Shown here one piece after another: positions 28,211 to 39,592 of a stretch of 64,000 nucleotides of DNA. Both the position numbers and the translations under genes were made by a program. Under the pieces are notes generated by a model. It ran no database searches, was not told the origin of the DNA, and was given only the letters and a program-made list of their open reading frames with translations. Origin of the DNA: a virus. Every line of letters starts with the position of its first letter. The first letter of the stretch is position 1. Location: positions 63,993 through 127,992 of the IMG/VR virus record IMGVR_UViG_3300049734_000491. The stretch is one strand, 5' to 3'.

Positions 28211-30304
28211 TCAGATCCATGCTGAACCATCCCACACCTTCGCCGAGCCGAGTACCCACGCAGCACCATCCCACACCTTCGGGTTGCCATCGACCCACGT
28301 CGAGCCATCCCACACCTTCAACCCGCTGGCCGGCGGTGCCGGCCCGCTCACGGTGAATGCCTGGGCGAACGAGACGACCGGACCGGTCACGGTGCAGGCG
28401 AGTTGGAGCTCGTAGGTCCCGGGTGCCTTGTACCGGTACTGACCTCTCACCGACCTGATCGGCAGGCTGGTCCCAGCCGGCAGCCACCACGTCGAGATGA
28501 CCGCGTCGTCACCGGTCTGCTGGCTGATCGCCTGGAGCTGGTTCCCGCTGGCATGACCACCGAAGATGAGGCTGTTCGTAGCGGTCGTCGTGATCGGTCC
28601 CGACGTGTACGTCACCGGGGCGCTGCCGTTGCCGTAGTTGTTCACGACGCCGTGCGATGGGGTGATGTCATCGCTGAACGACGAGATCGTGATGCTCCAC
28701 CGTGTTGCCGCCGCGGATGCCGTGAAGGTGATGAGGTCACCGCCCACCAGCGCGGTCGTCACCTTGGTGTGGATGAGCCACCCGGCGACACCCGGGCTGG
28801 CCGAGGTGTTGAACCCTGACTGGAGCGTCGTCCATGTGTTGCCACGAGGATCGGTGGCCGTCATGGTGGTCGCCGCGACGTGGGTCGTCCCGACGAGTGC
28901 CATGAGCGAGGTACCGACCGGGTAGCCCTCGGGCGGGACCTCCACCGTCAACGAGGTCACTGATGCCGTGGTGGTGTTCCCGGTCGTCCGGAGATACCCG
29001 TCGAACTTCTCCTCGAAGTTGAGTCGTGCGATCTCAGCAGACCAGCTGCTCGTAGCGAGGGAGTTGTTCGTCATCGAACGACTCGTCATCGTGGTCGACA
29101 CGTTCCTGATGCCGTCAGCGATGAAGACCGGACCAACGTCGTACCGCTCGGTGAACACAGGATCGGTTCCACCCGGCGGTACTCGGTCGATCCCGGCATC
29201 GGCCCAGTCCAACCCTGCCCACAGGAGAAGCTGACCGGCTGAAACCACGCCGGTCGGACTCACCGTCGAGGTCGTGCCGGTTCCCGCCGCGGTCTGCATC
29301 TGGTTGTAGGTGGAACTGGGATCAACTCCCGTGTAGTGCAGCATCACCGCCTGCGTGTCGGACGATGCGTGGGTGATCGTGAGGGTCGCTGGTTCGTTGA
29401 GGGCTGTCCTGTTGTAAAGACGAAGCTCGGCGTTGACCCCGCTCAAGGAGATGTCGAGCGCTGACCCGTTCTGTGCCCAGCCGATCGGAACGGACGGATT
29501 GACCGCCTCAGTCGGGTTACGGGTCAGGAGATACAGAACCAGCCCGTCACCGTTGGCGATGCCGGTCGGGATGTCGATGGTCGTGTTCGTACGAGTGGCG
29601 AGCGGCACCGTGGTCATCGACTGGAAGGTGACCGGCACCGGGGACGAGTTGTACGTCCGGACCTGAAGGTTGGAACCTGCTCCGACGAAGAACCCGGGAG
29701 CGTCTGCCGTCGCCGCCAACGTGGTGTTCGCCATCGCCACGACGTACTGGAACTCCACCTGAACGGCGATGTCGTTGGTCCCAGCAGTGGTCGCCACCTT
29801 CCCGGTGTCGATCCACGGCGCCGGGATGGTCAGGGTTCGGGCAGCATCGAAGAACCCGAACGAGCCAACGACGATGTTCGACGGGATTGATCCGCCCCAC
29901 GCAACCGGGAGACCAAGGTTGGTGACTGCCGTCTCGCTGTAGTCACTCGCCGTCACGCCGAGGGCGGTGATGTTGTCCTCGGCCGAGAAAGCGAGAACTG
30001 ACGCCGCCATCCGTGCCGATGCTGTCGAGGTGCTGAAGGTGATCACGTCCCCAGCGTTGAGCGCCGTCGTGATCTTGGTACCGAGCTGGCGCATCGCCAT
30101 CCCACCGGAGTACGCCTGACCGGTGTAGTCGCTCCACACGTTGCTGCCCGGATCGGAGCCGCTGACCAGCACGGTCGATCCATGAGCGGTGGCAACACTC
30201 GCGATGAGCTGGGTTCCCTCCGGGTATCCGCCGGCCGGAACCGTGGCAGTGACCGACGTCCCGCTGACGTTGGAGATGCCGGAGAACTGCCCGAGGAAGG
30301 CCAT
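28211..30304 (-). CDS. Virion appendage protein, paralog of the N-terminal half of 4744-9825
   Basis: Shared PxGYPVGTxL, DPRGNTW, TKVTTAL and PLxTRTNTT domains; terminal KVWDG repeats. Confidence 0.7.
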   Translation of the reverse strand: MAFLGQFSGISNVSGTSVTATVPAGGYPEGTQLIASVATAHGSTVLVSGSDPGSNVWSDYTGQAYSGGMAMRQLGTKITTALNAGDVITFSTSTASARMAASVLAFSAEDNITALGVTASDYSETAVTNLGLPVAWGGSIPSNIVVGSFGFFDAARTLTIPAPWIDTGKVATTAGTNDIAVQVEFQYVVAMANTTLAATADAPGFFVGAGSNLQVRTYNSSPVPVTFQSMTTVPLATRTNTTIDIPTGIANGDGLVLYLLTRNPTEAVNPSVPIGWAQNGSALDISLSGVNAELRLYNRTALNEPATLTITHASSDTQAVMLHYTGVDPSSTYNQMQTAAGTGTTSTVSPTGVVSAGQLLLWAGLDWADAGIDRVPPGGTDPVFTERYDVGPVFIADGIRNVSTTMTSRSMTNNSLATSSWSAEIARLNFEEKFDGYLRTTGNTTTASVTSLTVEVPPEGYPVGTSLMALVGTTHVAATTMTATDPRGNTWTTLQSGFNTSASPGVAGWLIHTKVTTALVGGDLITFTASAAATRWSITISSFSDDITPSHGVVNNYGNGSAPVTYTSGPITTTATNSLIFGGHASGNQLQAISQQTGDDAVISTWWLPAGTSLPIRSVRGQYRYKAPGTYELQLACTVTGPVVSFAQAFTVSGPAPPASGLKVWDGSTWVDGNPKVWDGAAWVLGSAKVWDGSAWI

Positions 30305-30305
30305 C

Positions 30306-31022
30306 TCAAAGGTTGGTGTCCACCCAGACCGTGCCGACCGAAGGTGATGCTGGGGGAGTGTTACCTGAGTACACCGGAACACCTTCTGGTGGGATCGAAT
30401 CAATGACGAGATCTTGACCGTTGTTCTGCACCGACATCGTGGTGCCGGGCGGGAACATGATCCGACTGAACCCGTGGCCCAGTGCCATCGAACCACCGGT
30501 GACACCCCAGTAGAGCTCACGCTGGTTGAACGTCCCGAGGACGGCCCAGCCAGCTGCTGGATCCCAGGCGTAGTAGTGGCGATCCGCGTCGAGAGAGTTG
30601 ATGACGTAGGCGATGTCCCCAGGATTGCCCGGTAACGGTAGGTCTTCATCTTCGGTGTAGACGGGAACTGATCCCGCTGATGGAGGATCTCCCCACGAAG
30701 TGTCGTAGTCGGTGCCGCTCGTCTTGGTCAGAACCTGGCCAGCGGTTCCTCCGGTTGCGACACCGGGGCCGGCTGGGCCTTGAGCTCCGTCCTCACCCGG
30801 AAGTCCGGGTGGGCCCTCTGGTCCGGGCACGGTCGAATCGGCACCGGGCGGACCCTGTGATCCGGGATCACCTTGTGGACCTGCTGGTCCTTCCGGACCG
30901 GGCACAGTCGAGTCAGCACCGGGAGGTCCTGGATCACCTTGCGGGCCCGGCGGCCCAGTTGGACCTGTGCCACCTTGAACTGGCTGCCAGGTCCCACCGA
31001 CGTTGGCGTAGAGGACTCCCAT
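30306..31022 (-). CDS. Collagen-like (Gly-X-Y) minor tail/whisker protein
   Basis: GPxGPx repeats; [10 protein letters not shown] motif. Confidence 0.75.
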   Translation of the reverse strand: MGVLYANVGGTWQPVQGGTGPTGPPGPQGDPGPPGADSTVPGPEGPAGPQGDPGSQGPPGADSTVPGPEGPPGLPGEDGAQGPAGPGVATGGTAGQVLTKTSGTDYDTSWGDPPSAGSVPVYTEDEDLPLPGNPGDIAYVINSLDADRHYYAWDPAAGWAVLGTFNQRELYWGVTGGSMALGHGFSRIMFPPGTTMSVQNNGQDLVIDSIPPEGVPVYSGNTPPASPSVGTVWVDTNL

Positions 31023-31043
31023 GTCAGCTCCCGAGAACTTGCG

Positions 31044-31352
31044 TCAGGCCTCTGGTTCCGGCGGCCAGTGGGCGACGATGGCCGCGGTGATGTTGCCATC
31101 GGAGATCACGCCCTCGTCACCACCTGGGTTCGGGTTGTCCTGATCGACGGCGTAGGCGTATTCCGTCTCGTAGTCGATGGCGACCGGCCAGCTGAACCAC
31201 GTGATGGCGTTGCCCGGACCCTCACGGAGCTGGCGAGCTCGTTCGGTGTCCTTGAGGGTGGCGTTCTCTTGCGCCTCTCGCTGGGCGGCAGCCACGATCC
31301 GGTCGATCAGGGCTTGGTCCTGCGTGGCGGCGTACATGGTCGTATGGCTCAT
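31044..31352 (-). CDS. Small tail-associated protein
   Basis: DQALIDRIVAAAQRE..PGGDEGVISDGNITAAIVAHWP; AGGAGG RBS. Confidence 0.55.
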   Translation of the reverse strand: MSHTTMYAATQDQALIDRIVAAAQREAQENATLKDTERARQLREGPGNAITWFSWPVAIDYETEYAYAVDQDNPNPGGDEGVISDGNITAAIVAHWPPEPEA

Positions 31353-31366
31353 TGGTGTGATTCCTC

Positions 31367-32110
31367 CTACGTCGACAGGTAGACACCGTTCCACTGGGTC
31401 AGCTGTTTCCCACCAGTGACGGTCTTGGATGCTCCCGGCGCAGCCACAAACAATTTGATGTTCCAAGTTGAACCTGCAGTCACCGGAACTGCTGTGCACA
31501 GCGTCATGCTGTGGTTCGGATTGTTGTTGGAGTTGGCGCCACCCACAGCACTCCCACGGAAGACATCTCCTCCTGCCGTGTGTAGACCGAAAGCTAGGTC
31601 GTAGAAAGCAGCCGTACCGGTCATTCGGAAGTCGAGCATGGCGCTGAACAGAACGACACCAGCCACGGGAGCGGTGAACGTCGTTGACGTTGCCAGCATG
31701 TTGTACGGATCATCACGTGCATCCCACTGAATGTCGTTCCAGACGCTGTCAGGACCGATGCCGTAGTTCGCGGTCCGCCATGTCTGGAATCGGCGACGTG
31801 TCTCCCCCGATGATCCCCAGCCTTCGGCACGGTACATCTGCAACGTCGGTGGGTCCCCCACGACAGCCAACTGACCGAGTACCGGTGCTGGGATCGCAGC
31901 ATCTCGAGCTGCGGCCGTGGCGAACTTCGGGACGTGATCCGTGTACTTGGTGTCGTGGTCGAAGTAGACCAGCGTGTCGGAACCAAGCGTGATGTCGTTG
32001 CCGGCGTTGGCCGACACGGCGTTGGGGCCCGGTGGTCCCATCGGTCCAACTGGACCTTGGGATGGCATGTCGACCCAGGTACCATCCACATTGATACGTA
32101 GAACGCCCAT
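31367..32110 (-). CDS. Fibre protein with C1q-like C-terminal head
   Basis: Short collagen stretch; FATAAARDAAIPAP; TFTAPVAGV. Confidence 0.6.
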   Translation of the reverse strand: MGVLRINVDGTWVDMPSQGPVGPMGPPGPNAVSANAGNDITLGSDTLVYFDHDTKYTDHVPKFATAAARDAAIPAPVLGQLAVVGDPPTLQMYRAEGWGSSGETRRRFQTWRTANYGIGPDSVWNDIQWDARDDPYNMLATSTTFTAPVAGVVLFSAMLDFRMTGTAAFYDLAFGLHTAGGDVFRGSAVGGANSNNNPNHSMTLCTAVPVTAGSTWNIKLFVAAPGASKTVTGGKQLTQWNGVYLST

Positions 32111-34107
32111 TACTGTCCACCAGTGCTGATGATGTACCTGACCACGATGTAGGGCTGGAGATTCAGGTGCGATACGTTGCTGCCCGCAGAGCCAGTTGTC
32201 CCACCACCATCGGGTGAACCAAGATTCGACCAACGTGGTGTGGCTACTGTTGCGCCGAAAGCAACGTGGTCGCCACCTGAAGCTGGAGCCGCTCCGAAGT
32301 CATAATCCCTGGTGTAGACCGTGTGATCATGAGCTGGAGTGGTGTGGGTGTGAGCAGGAATCTGAGCTGCTGAAAGTGTGACCGTATTTGCTCCACCGGT
32401 TTTAGCGAGAGCATCGAACTCTGTCTGAGCTGCATCCAGACCAGCAGGCACACGACCTTTCAAGTTAGGCAGATTGAAGGTGGTCGATCCATCACCCGTC
32501 CCATATGCAGTACCGACTGCCGCATACAACAAACTGTATGTGGTACGAGAAACTGCCGAACCATCGCACAACAACCAGCCAGACGGAATCACACCAGTTC
32601 CCATCCATTGCGTCATGGCTGCAGCAGGCAGAACAACGGTTCGCCATGCCACGGCGTAGTCGACGTCCGTCGCCTTGGTAAGAAACTGACCGGCGGTGCC
32701 TCCAGGTGGCAGGACGCCGACCGCCGCTGTGTCAGGAGCGTCCTTGTCGTACCAGATGTCGAAGGCCAGACCGGGGTCGGTATCCTGAACCGCCACCTCG
32801 TTGCCGGTCGACGCAGCGGTGTCGACGTACCTCTTCGTCGCCACCTCGAGATCGGCTGTCGGGTCGTTGTTGACATAGACCCGATGAGTTGCTGCACCCA
32901 GCATGATCTGGTTGTTCACAGTTGCCACGGCTGACTTGCCGAGGGCAACACTGTTGGACCCCTGAGCCTGGGCCCTCGAGCCGATGGCAACACCATCCGA
33001 GTTAGCCACCGCGTAGTAGCCGACGGCGACGATCTCGTTCCCGGTGCCGGCGCTGTAGGCACCGGAGTCTCGACCGACCGCCGTCTGGTTACTGGCCGTC
33101 GTGGTGGCGTTCCCGACAATCCCGGCAGGAGTCTGGAGAGCTCCGTACCCGACAGCAGTGTTCGCACCGGCCGTTGTCATTGACTGCCCAGCGAGAGCTC
33201 CGATGAGCGTGTTGTAGCTGCCGGTCGTCGCCGTTCCTGCGAGGTATCCGACGAGCGTCAGACTGACCCCGTTTGCGACGTTGCCCGCCATGTATCCGAT
33301 CGCGGTGCTGAATCCGCCGGTCGTCGCAGCCCCCAACGCGTTGTATCCGATGGCGACGATACCGCCCCCCGTTGTCAACGCCTTCGCCGCCCCGTAGCCG
33401 ATGCTCACCATGTAGTTGCTCACGGCGTTCTGGAGTGCCTGGAACCCGATCCCGACCGATCCCGTCGTCGTTGCTAGTGACTGCGCCTGGTAGCCGACTC
33501 CCACGTTGTAGCTCTGGGTGGTGAACGCCTGACCAGCCTGATATCCAATCCCGACGTTTCGGAGACCAGTCGTCACCGAGTCGAGGGCATTCGCTCCAAC
33601 CGCCACGTTGTGGTCGCCGTCGGTGATGACCTGTAGTGCTCGGTACCCGATGGCGATGTTGTCGGTCGCACCCACCAGTAAGGATCCACCGGACCCACCA
33701 GAGTCGACACCGTACCGAGTGTTCCGTTGGGCATCAGACTGCGGTGGGAGCTGTGCGGCAACGACGAACCCCGACGCATCGAGTGCGGCATATCCGTTGA
33801 CCACACCCTTCTCGGACCGCAACTGGGCAACAGCCGCATCCACCGAGATGGCATCCGCCGCCACGATGATGCCGGAGCCGGCTCCGACGTCGATGGTCCG
33901 ATCAGCCGACAGGTCACCACCACCGGTCAGGCCCTGCCCCGCCGTGATGATCCGAGAGGTGGGAGCTCCTTCCGACTTCTTCCACGACGTTCCATCCGAG
34001 AGGTACAACACATTTTCTGTGGTGTTGTAGTACGTCGAACCAGCGGGCCCGACCGCTGGTGCGGCTGGCCACGGAGCTACGTTCGTCTTGCCGTAGTCCC
34101 GAGCCAT
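32110..34107 (-). CDS. Tail fibre with beta-roll repeats and tail-collar domain
   Basis: NxAxGYxA repeats; PSGWLLCDGSAVSRTTYSLLYAAVGTAYGTGDGSTTFNLPNLKGRV; HLNLQPYIVVRYII. Confidence 0.85.
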   Translation of the reverse strand: MARDYGKTNVAPWPAAPAVGPAGSTYYNTTENVLYLSDGTSWKKSEGAPTSRIITAGQGLTGGGDLSADRTIDVGAGSGIIVAADAISVDAAVAQLRSEKGVVNGYAALDASGFVVAAQLPPQSDAQRNTRYGVDSGGSGGSLLVGATDNIAIGYRALQVITDGDHNVAVGANALDSVTTGLRNVGIGYQAGQAFTTQSYNVGVGYQAQSLATTTGSVGIGFQALQNAVSNYMVSIGYGAAKALTTGGGIVAIGYNALGAATTGGFSTAIGYMAGNVANGVSLTLVGYLAGTATTGSYNTLIGALAGQSMTTAGANTAVGYGALQTPAGIVGNATTTASNQTAVGRDSGAYSAGTGNEIVAVGYYAVANSDGVAIGSRAQAQGSNSVALGKSAVATVNNQIMLGAATHRVYVNNDPTADLEVATKRYVDTAASTGNEVAVQDTDPGLAFDIWYDKDAPDTAAVGVLPPGGTAGQFLTKATDVDYAVAWRTVVLPAAAMTQWMGTGVIPSGWLLCDGSAVSRTTYSLLYAAVGTAYGTGDGSTTFNLPNLKGRVPAGLDAAQTEFDALAKTGGANTVTLSAAQIPAHTHTTPAHDHTVYTRDYDFGAAPASGGDHVAFGATVATPRWSNLGSPDGGGTTGSAGSNVSHLNLQPYIVVRYIISTGGQ

Positions 34108-35810
34108 CAGCCCATCACAACGACACGGCAGCCAGCGCCGAGGGCGGGGTTGAAGTTAAGGGTCACGGTGTTGGTGGTCGTCGCTGTCCAGTCGACGTCG
34201 ATCGCAGTGTTGGCTGAGTCACGAACCTGGACGATCACATCTTGGGTGGCGAGGTTGTGGGTGACCACCTCGGACGAGCCCGATCCGGTGAGGGCCGCTG
34301 CGTACTTCTTCGCAGTGCTAGTGATGGCACCGTCGACGTAGGCACGGGTCGCGATCACCGTCGTATCGACCGCCACCGTGTCAGCAGCGACCGTGATTCC
34401 AGTGCCGGCCCCCACGGCGAGGACGTTGGCGGCGAGGGTGAGGCCGTTGCCTCCAACCGCTGCAGCGAGGTCTGGGTTCGGGTAGTTCCCGGTCAGAGTT
34501 CCACCAGCAGCGCCGGTCGGTGGACCACCGGTCGCCGGAGCCGGACCCCACGTCCCGTCACCGTGGAGGACATCGGTGGCAACACCGGTCGATGTGGGAA
34601 CGACACCCTTCGCCGATGACGTGAAGACATCGAGCATCGCCGTGACCTGCGTAGCAGTAAGGTCGATCGAAACACCGGCAGTACCCGCGTTGTTGCCCTT
34701 CAGGGTGCCGGGGGCCATGTTGTACAGGTTGTAGTTCGAGATTGTGTTATCAGCGATCTTGGGACCCGTGATGGTGCCAGCCAAGATCTTGAGGCCAGTG
34801 ACGGCGTAATCCTGAAGTTGGGTGGTGCCGACGCTGTTGGCTGCCAACTTGGCGTTGGTTACCGCACCGGCGTCGATGGTCAGTGTCGTGCCGTTCCCGC
34901 CGACGGTGATGTCGCCCTTGTCCCCGTCGGGACCGAGCGTGTCAGTCCCAGCAGAGAACTGGACGAAGGTGAGAGGCGTAGAACCGACAGAGATCGGGGC
35001 ATCGGTGGTGTTCACCCACGCTGTGTCGTGGTTGACGGTTCCGTTGGTGACGAAGACCGCCATCGCAAGAACCTCGTCCTCTACGTCAGCATCGGGAGGA
35101 CGTGTCCACGATCCGGACGCTGCGATCCAGATTCCGTTCGTACCGCCGACACTTTGGTTCTTGACAAGGATCCGATCTCCTGCAACCGGTGTGTACCCGT
35201 CGATCACCGTGAGGCCACTGAGAGGGATGTTCACTGTGGTCGCTGCCACCACGGCGTCCTTCCAGGACAGACCGTTGACGAGGCTGTCGACGTACAGCTT
35301 CGTTGCAGCATCGGTCGTATTCGTCGGTACGCCGAGACTGGTGATCTTCATCCCGTTGAAGCTGACGTTGGCCTGTGGTGGAGCAAGAGCACTGAGCCAG
35401 ATGGATGAGTGTGCTGCGTTGTCGTGAGCCGGCGTGCCGTGGGTGTGGTCATTGCGGGCGAACAGCACGCCGGTGCCGCTGGATGACGCAGCGCCGAAGG
35501 TCATCTGAGCGGTGACAGCGCCCCAGTCCGGTATGTCGTGGACGTGGTCAGCTCGAGCCACCGTGGTCGCCACGCCGGCGGCACCGGGAGTCGTCGGGGT
35601 GAGCGCTGGCGGCACTCCACCGAGAGCAGGAGCAGACCCCTTCGCCGCCACCCAGCTCGTGCCGTCCCAGTAGTAGAGGGTGTCATCGGCGCTGTTGAAG
35701 TAGATCTGGCCTTCCACCGGCGCTGCCGGAGGCGTCGCGAGAGTCTGGATCGCAGCGTTCTGTAGTTCGTTCTTGCTGAGGTCGATACTCGTGAGGAACT
35801 TGCGGGCCAT
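34107..35810 (-). CDS. Tail fibre / head-fibre protein
   Basis: DAATKLYVD, GDRILVKNQ..NGIW, VTHNLATQDVIVQV. Confidence 0.75.
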   Translation of the reverse strand: MARKFLTSIDLSKNELQNAAIQTLATPPAAPVEGQIYFNSADDTLYYWDGTSWVAAKGSAPALGGVPPALTPTTPGAAGVATTVARADHVHDIPDWGAVTAQMTFGAASSSGTGVLFARNDHTHGTPAHDNAAHSSIWLSALAPPQANVSFNGMKITSLGVPTNTTDAATKLYVDSLVNGLSWKDAVVAATTVNIPLSGLTVIDGYTPVAGDRILVKNQSVGGTNGIWIAASGSWTRPPDADVEDEVLAMAVFVTNGTVNHDTAWVNTTDAPISVGSTPLTFVQFSAGTDTLGPDGDKGDITVGGNGTTLTIDAGAVTNAKLAANSVGTTQLQDYAVTGLKILAGTITGPKIADNTISNYNLYNMAPGTLKGNNAGTAGVSIDLTATQVTAMLDVFTSSAKGVVPTSTGVATDVLHGDGTWGPAPATGGPPTGAAGGTLTGNYPNPDLAAAVGGNGLTLAANVLAVGAGTGITVAADTVAVDTTVIATRAYVDGAITSTAKKYAAALTGSGSSEVVTHNLATQDVIVQVRDSANTAIDVDWTATTTNTVTLNFNPALGAGCRVVVMG

Positions 35811-35842
35811 GACTCTCTCCTAGCTCAGGTACGATCCATGGA

Positions 35843-36391
35843 ATGGTGGAACGCAACTGTTCAATCGAAGGGTGTGATCAGCCCTACGAATCTCATGGTT
35901 GGTGCCACAAGCACTACATGCAGCAATACAGCTGTGGTAATCCCCTGATTTCCAAAGCAGTGTCAACGTGTTCGGTCGAAGACTGCGATCGACCTCATTA
36001 CGCTCGTGGCTTGTGTCGAGCGCACTACCAGCGGCAACGGAAGGGTCGATCACTGGAAGCACCCCTCCAAGATCGGGCAGCGAAGGGAACTGATGTTCTC
36101 ACACGAATCATGAACCGAGTGGTGGAGGACGATGACTGTTGGATCTGGACAGGAGCCAGGTTCACCAACGGTTATGGCGAGATCAATATTGCGGGTCGTC
36201 CTCAACCGGTACATCGCATGATGTACGAAGCCAAGATCGGTCCGATACCGAAGGGCAGGATTGTGATGCACTCGTGCGACCGACCACTGTGTGTCAATCC
36301 ACTGCACTTGTCCGCTGGGACATACCGAGACAACTCGCTCGACATGATGTCCAAGGGACGTGGACGTAAGCAGTTCGGTCATGATAGGTAG
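35843..36391 (+). CDS. HNH homing endonuclease (antisense insertion)
   Basis: Two CSxxxC..G.C..HY repeats; [23 protein letters not shown]. Confidence 0.88.
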   Translation: MVERNCSIEGCDQPYESHGWCHKHYMQQYSCGNPLISKAVSTCSVEDCDRPHYARGLCRAHYQRQRKGRSLEAPLQDRAAKGTDVLTRIMNRVVEDDDCWIWTGARFTNGYGEINIAGRPQPVHRMMYEAKIGPIPKGRIVMHSCDRPLCVNPLHLSAGTYRDNSLDMMSKGRGRKQFGHDR

Positions 36392-37320
36392 GCCGAACCG
36401 CTGAACGGAGCCGAGAACACGATCGTGAGGTTGTCGACGTCGTCGTAGGTGACATCACCCTCAACATCACTCCCAGCCGAGTCGATGACGGAGACGTTCG
36501 GATTGAACCCGAGATTGTGGTTGATGACCCACGTGGCTGACACAACAGATTGGTTGTGGGTGTAGGACCCTGCTACGCCGCCAGTCGCGCTGTCGATCTG
36601 AGCCTGCATGGCGTCCAGACGTTCAGCCAGGTCGACGTAGCCGGCGAGGACGTCGGTGAAGTCCTCTGGGAAATCCTTGTCGATCTGGATCCCACGACGA
36701 TCGAACTCTTCGCGGGTGTAGACCGGCATGTCGACCCACTCGTACTCATCTGCCTTGGTCAGACTGATCGTCAGAACCTGGCCGGGTTGGCCGGCTGGGA
36801 TCTCCGGCTCGTCGCCCACAGCATCTGGGTCGTACCACAACTCATACCCGGTTCCCGTTCCGGGATCGGTGAGCGAGACGAGTACCTCGTCGCTTCCCGG
36901 ACCAGGTGGGCCCTCTGGGCCCTGTTCGCCTTGTTCACCCTGTGGACCAGGCGGCCCCGGGGCTCCGTCAGCTCCGGCTGGGCCGGGGTCACCTTGGGGT
37001 CCTGTGGCTCCAGTGACGCCCGGTGGCCCGGGATCACCCGTCTCGCCTTGGGGACCTGCTGGACCGTCTGCACCCGGCGGCCCTGCTGGGCCGGGATCAC
37101 CCTCTGGCCCCGGTGCTCCGGGAGCGCCGGCTGGGCCTGTCGGACCTGCTGGACCTGTCGCACCGGGCGGGCCCGGAGGTCCGGGCGTTCCCGTGATGAT
37201 GTCGATGACCGGAGTCTCGTCCTCAATGATGTCGATCAGGACGGTCCTCGGATCGGGGTCGATGACGTCGACGACAATCGTGCCCTCGTCGGTGACTTCG
37301 ACCTCGATCACGTCGGTCAT
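36379..37320 (-). CDS. Collagen-like fibre protein
   Basis: About 30 Gly-X-Y triplets; [14 protein letters not shown]-terminus. Confidence 0.78.
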   Translation of the reverse strand: MTDVIEVEVTDEGTIVVDVIDPDPRTVLIDIIEDETPVIDIITGTPGPPGPPGATGPAGPTGPAGAPGAPGPEGDPGPAGPPGADGPAGPQGETGDPGPPGVTGATGPQGDPGPAGADGAPGPPGPQGEQGEQGPEGPPGPGSDEVLVSLTDPGTGTGYELWYDPDAVGDEPEIPAGQPGQVLTISLTKADEYEWVDMPVYTREEFDRRGIQIDKDFPEDFTDVLAGYVDLAERLDAMQAQIDSATGGVAGSYTHNQSVVSATWVINHNLGFNPNVSVIDSAGSDVEGDVTYDDVDNLTIVFSAPFSGSAYLS

Positions 37321-37321
37321 C

Positions 37322-37762
37322 TCACCGGCCCGATCTGAGCGTCATGCCCGGTCGGATCGACCTCGTGTGGGTCGAGGTCGGGGGGTTGCAGGGAGCTCCG
37401 GAGTTGGTGACGTCTTGGGTAACCGTGACCTCCCCAGCCATCTTCGTCTGGACAACGTTGCCCGGGAACGTGATCTCGAGATCCCAGACCCCACCGGCGG
37501 ATGGGAACCCAGCCCACATCTCAGGCCACATCCGCATGTCCACGAAGTTCGGCAGCACGATCTCGCACTCGAGGTACACGATCGAAGATCCGTGGTATCT
37601 GTCCCGGATCTCGGCCTCCGCCACGGCGTCGGTGAGGTTCGTGGGTTGGGTTTTCTCCTTGTCGTCCCAGAGCCGGAACCGCCAGGCGTGATAGTCGCCT
37701 CGGTACAGCTCCAGGTCGTAATTTCCGGGGTTCACGACGTCAGCGCTCCTGTGAGGGGACAC
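37322..37762 (-). CDS. BppU-like baseplate/adaptor protein
   Basis: LELYRGD..NLT...[21 protein letters not shown]. Confidence 0.6.
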   Translation of the reverse strand: MSPHRSADVVNPGNYDLELYRGDYHAWRFRLWDDKEKTQPTNLTDAVAEAEIRDRYHGSSIVYLECEIVLPNFVDMRMWPEMWAGFPSAGGVWDLEITFPGNVVQTKMAGEVTVTQDVTNSGAPCNPPTSTHTRSIRPGMTLRSGR

Positions 37763-37825
37763 CGGAGATCCAAGCCCTCAGGGGAGAAATCTAGACGCCA
37801 CCGCCCCCCAACGGGCGGTTCCGAG

Positions 37826-39592
37826 CTACTTCGCGTCCCCCCAGCGGGACACGGGTGGGGAGCAGCCGGCGGTGAGCGGGATCCGGAAGTCGTGGTTGGT
37901 CATCGAGGCCTCCAAGATGTGGGAAACCTCCTCGGTGTCCTCGGGGGCTACCGACACCACGATCTCGTCGTGGACCGTGATCAGCAGGGCGTCCTCGAGG
38001 CCGGCCTGGGCGATGTCGATCGTGGCTCGCTTCAGGATGTCGGCTGCGGTGCCCTGGATCAGGTAGTTCGTCGAGGCGTAGATCTTCTCCTCGTCCACGG
38101 GCAGAACCCGGCCGTAGGCGGTCGTGACGGTGAAGTCGTTCTGTCGAGCCAGGTTCTGAACCTGGCTGCCGAGCCGGGCGTACTGGGGGTACGCGGCTGT
38201 AATTCCTCGGCTGATGACCTCCATCTCCGACACCGGCACCTTGGCTGTGGCAGCCATCTTCGGCACGCCGGCGCCGTAGAGGTTCGAGTACCAGAAGTTC
38301 TTGATCGGTGACCGGCGGGGATCGGCCTTCGTGGCCTCGGGATCGCCATGCACGGCCCGCACCGACTGGGTGAAGAAATCCAGGCCACCTTCTTCGTCAG
38401 CCAACCTGAACGCCTCGATCAGCGCAGCGTCGTTCGCCATCGACCCAGCGAGCCGGAGCTCGATCTGGTCGGCATCGCAGGCGAGGATCACCTCGTCCTC
38501 GTAGCGGGGGAGCATGGCCTGGCGGACAGCTCGAGCCTCGGGGGACGGATCTCGGCTGGGGAGTGTCTGGAGGGCCGGCGACGAGACACTCTGCCGACCG
38601 GTGCGGGCCCCGAGCGTACGGATCTCGGGGTGCAGCAGGTTGTCGGCGTCAGCCATGTCGATGAAGTTCTCGAAGTAGGTCCCAGCCAACTTGTCGAGCG
38701 TCCTGATCCGCAGCGCCTGGTCGATCACGTCCGCCACCAAGCCGGGATTCTCGAGCCGGATCATCTCGAGGGCATCCTTGTCGACCTGCGGGGCGTTGTT
38801 CTGGGTCCACCGCTTCGGGGGGATCTCCATCGTGTCGTGGATCCAGTGCCCGAGTTGGCTGTTGGAACGGGGGTTGTCGATGGCCGAACCGGTCAACTCG
38901 GCGATCCGGAGCACCGAGAGTTCGGTCTCGCGGCGGAGAGCATCGGCCTGCTCCTGGCTGAACTTCACATCGACCCGCATCCCGTTGCGTTCGATCGTGT
39001 TGGCGATCCGACGAAGGTCCATCTCAAGGGCGAACACCGGCGAGCGGGCCCCACGACGGATCTCCTCGGACTCCCAGATGCGGGAGAGCAGGATCACGTC
39101 CAGAGCGGCGTAGTGCAGATATACCGGATTGTCGATGGGGACGGTGTCCCAGAACCAGCCCGTCTTGGCGAACAGCTCCTGCAATTCGACCTGCGCCGCG
39201 GCGGCACCGTGGGAGGTGTACTGGGTGGCGAGTTGCTTGAGGCTGGATGAACGGCCGGGGCTGGCGAGTTGGCTGGCCAGCATCGTGTCGACCACGGTTT
39301 CCCATGGGAACTTCACACCCATTGCGTGCAGAGCGTGTGCGTCATAGCTGGCGTTGTGCCAAAGCGACACACCCTTGAACTTGGCAAGAGCGTCCTCTGC
39401 AACACCGAGCCATCGACGTGTGTCAATCAACCACGCTTCGTTGACGTTGCCCGCCTGCACCAACCGAACCTTGAAGTTCGCATCATGGACATTCAATCCG
39501 GTAGTTTCAGTATCCCATGCTATAGTGTCCTGCTCTGAGAGCCAGCGGAAGAAGGCGTCGATGTCCGACGTCGTCTCAATCACGGTCAGCAT
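37826..39592 (-). CDS. polA: DNA polymerase I (family A) with 3'-5' exonuclease
   Basis: [43 protein letters not shown]. Confidence 0.95.
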   Translation of the reverse strand: MLTVIETTSDIDAFFRWLSEQDTIAWDTETTGLNVHDANFKVRLVQAGNVNEAWLIDTRRWLGVAEDALAKFKGVSLWHNASYDAHALHAMGVKFPWETVVDTMLASQLASPGRSSSLKQLATQYTSHGAAAAQVELQELFAKTGWFWDTVPIDNPVYLHYAALDVILLSRIWESEEIRRGARSPVFALEMDLRRIANTIERNGMRVDVKFSQEQADALRRETELSVLRIAELTGSAIDNPRSNSQLGHWIHDTMEIPPKRWTQNNAPQVDKDALEMIRLENPGLVADVIDQALRIRTLDKLAGTYFENFIDMADADNLLHPEIRTLGARTGRQSVSSPALQTLPSRDPSPEARAVRQAMLPRYEDEVILACDADQIELRLAGSMANDAALIEAFRLADEEGGLDFFTQSVRAVHGDPEATKADPRRSPIKNFWYSNLYGAGVPKMAATAKVPVSEMEVISRGITAAYPQYARLGSQVQNLARQNDFTVTTAYGRVLPVDEEKIYASTNYLIQGTAADILKRATIDIAQAGLEDALLITVHDEIVVSVAPEDTEEVSHILEASMTNHDFRIPLTAGCSPPVSRWGDAK

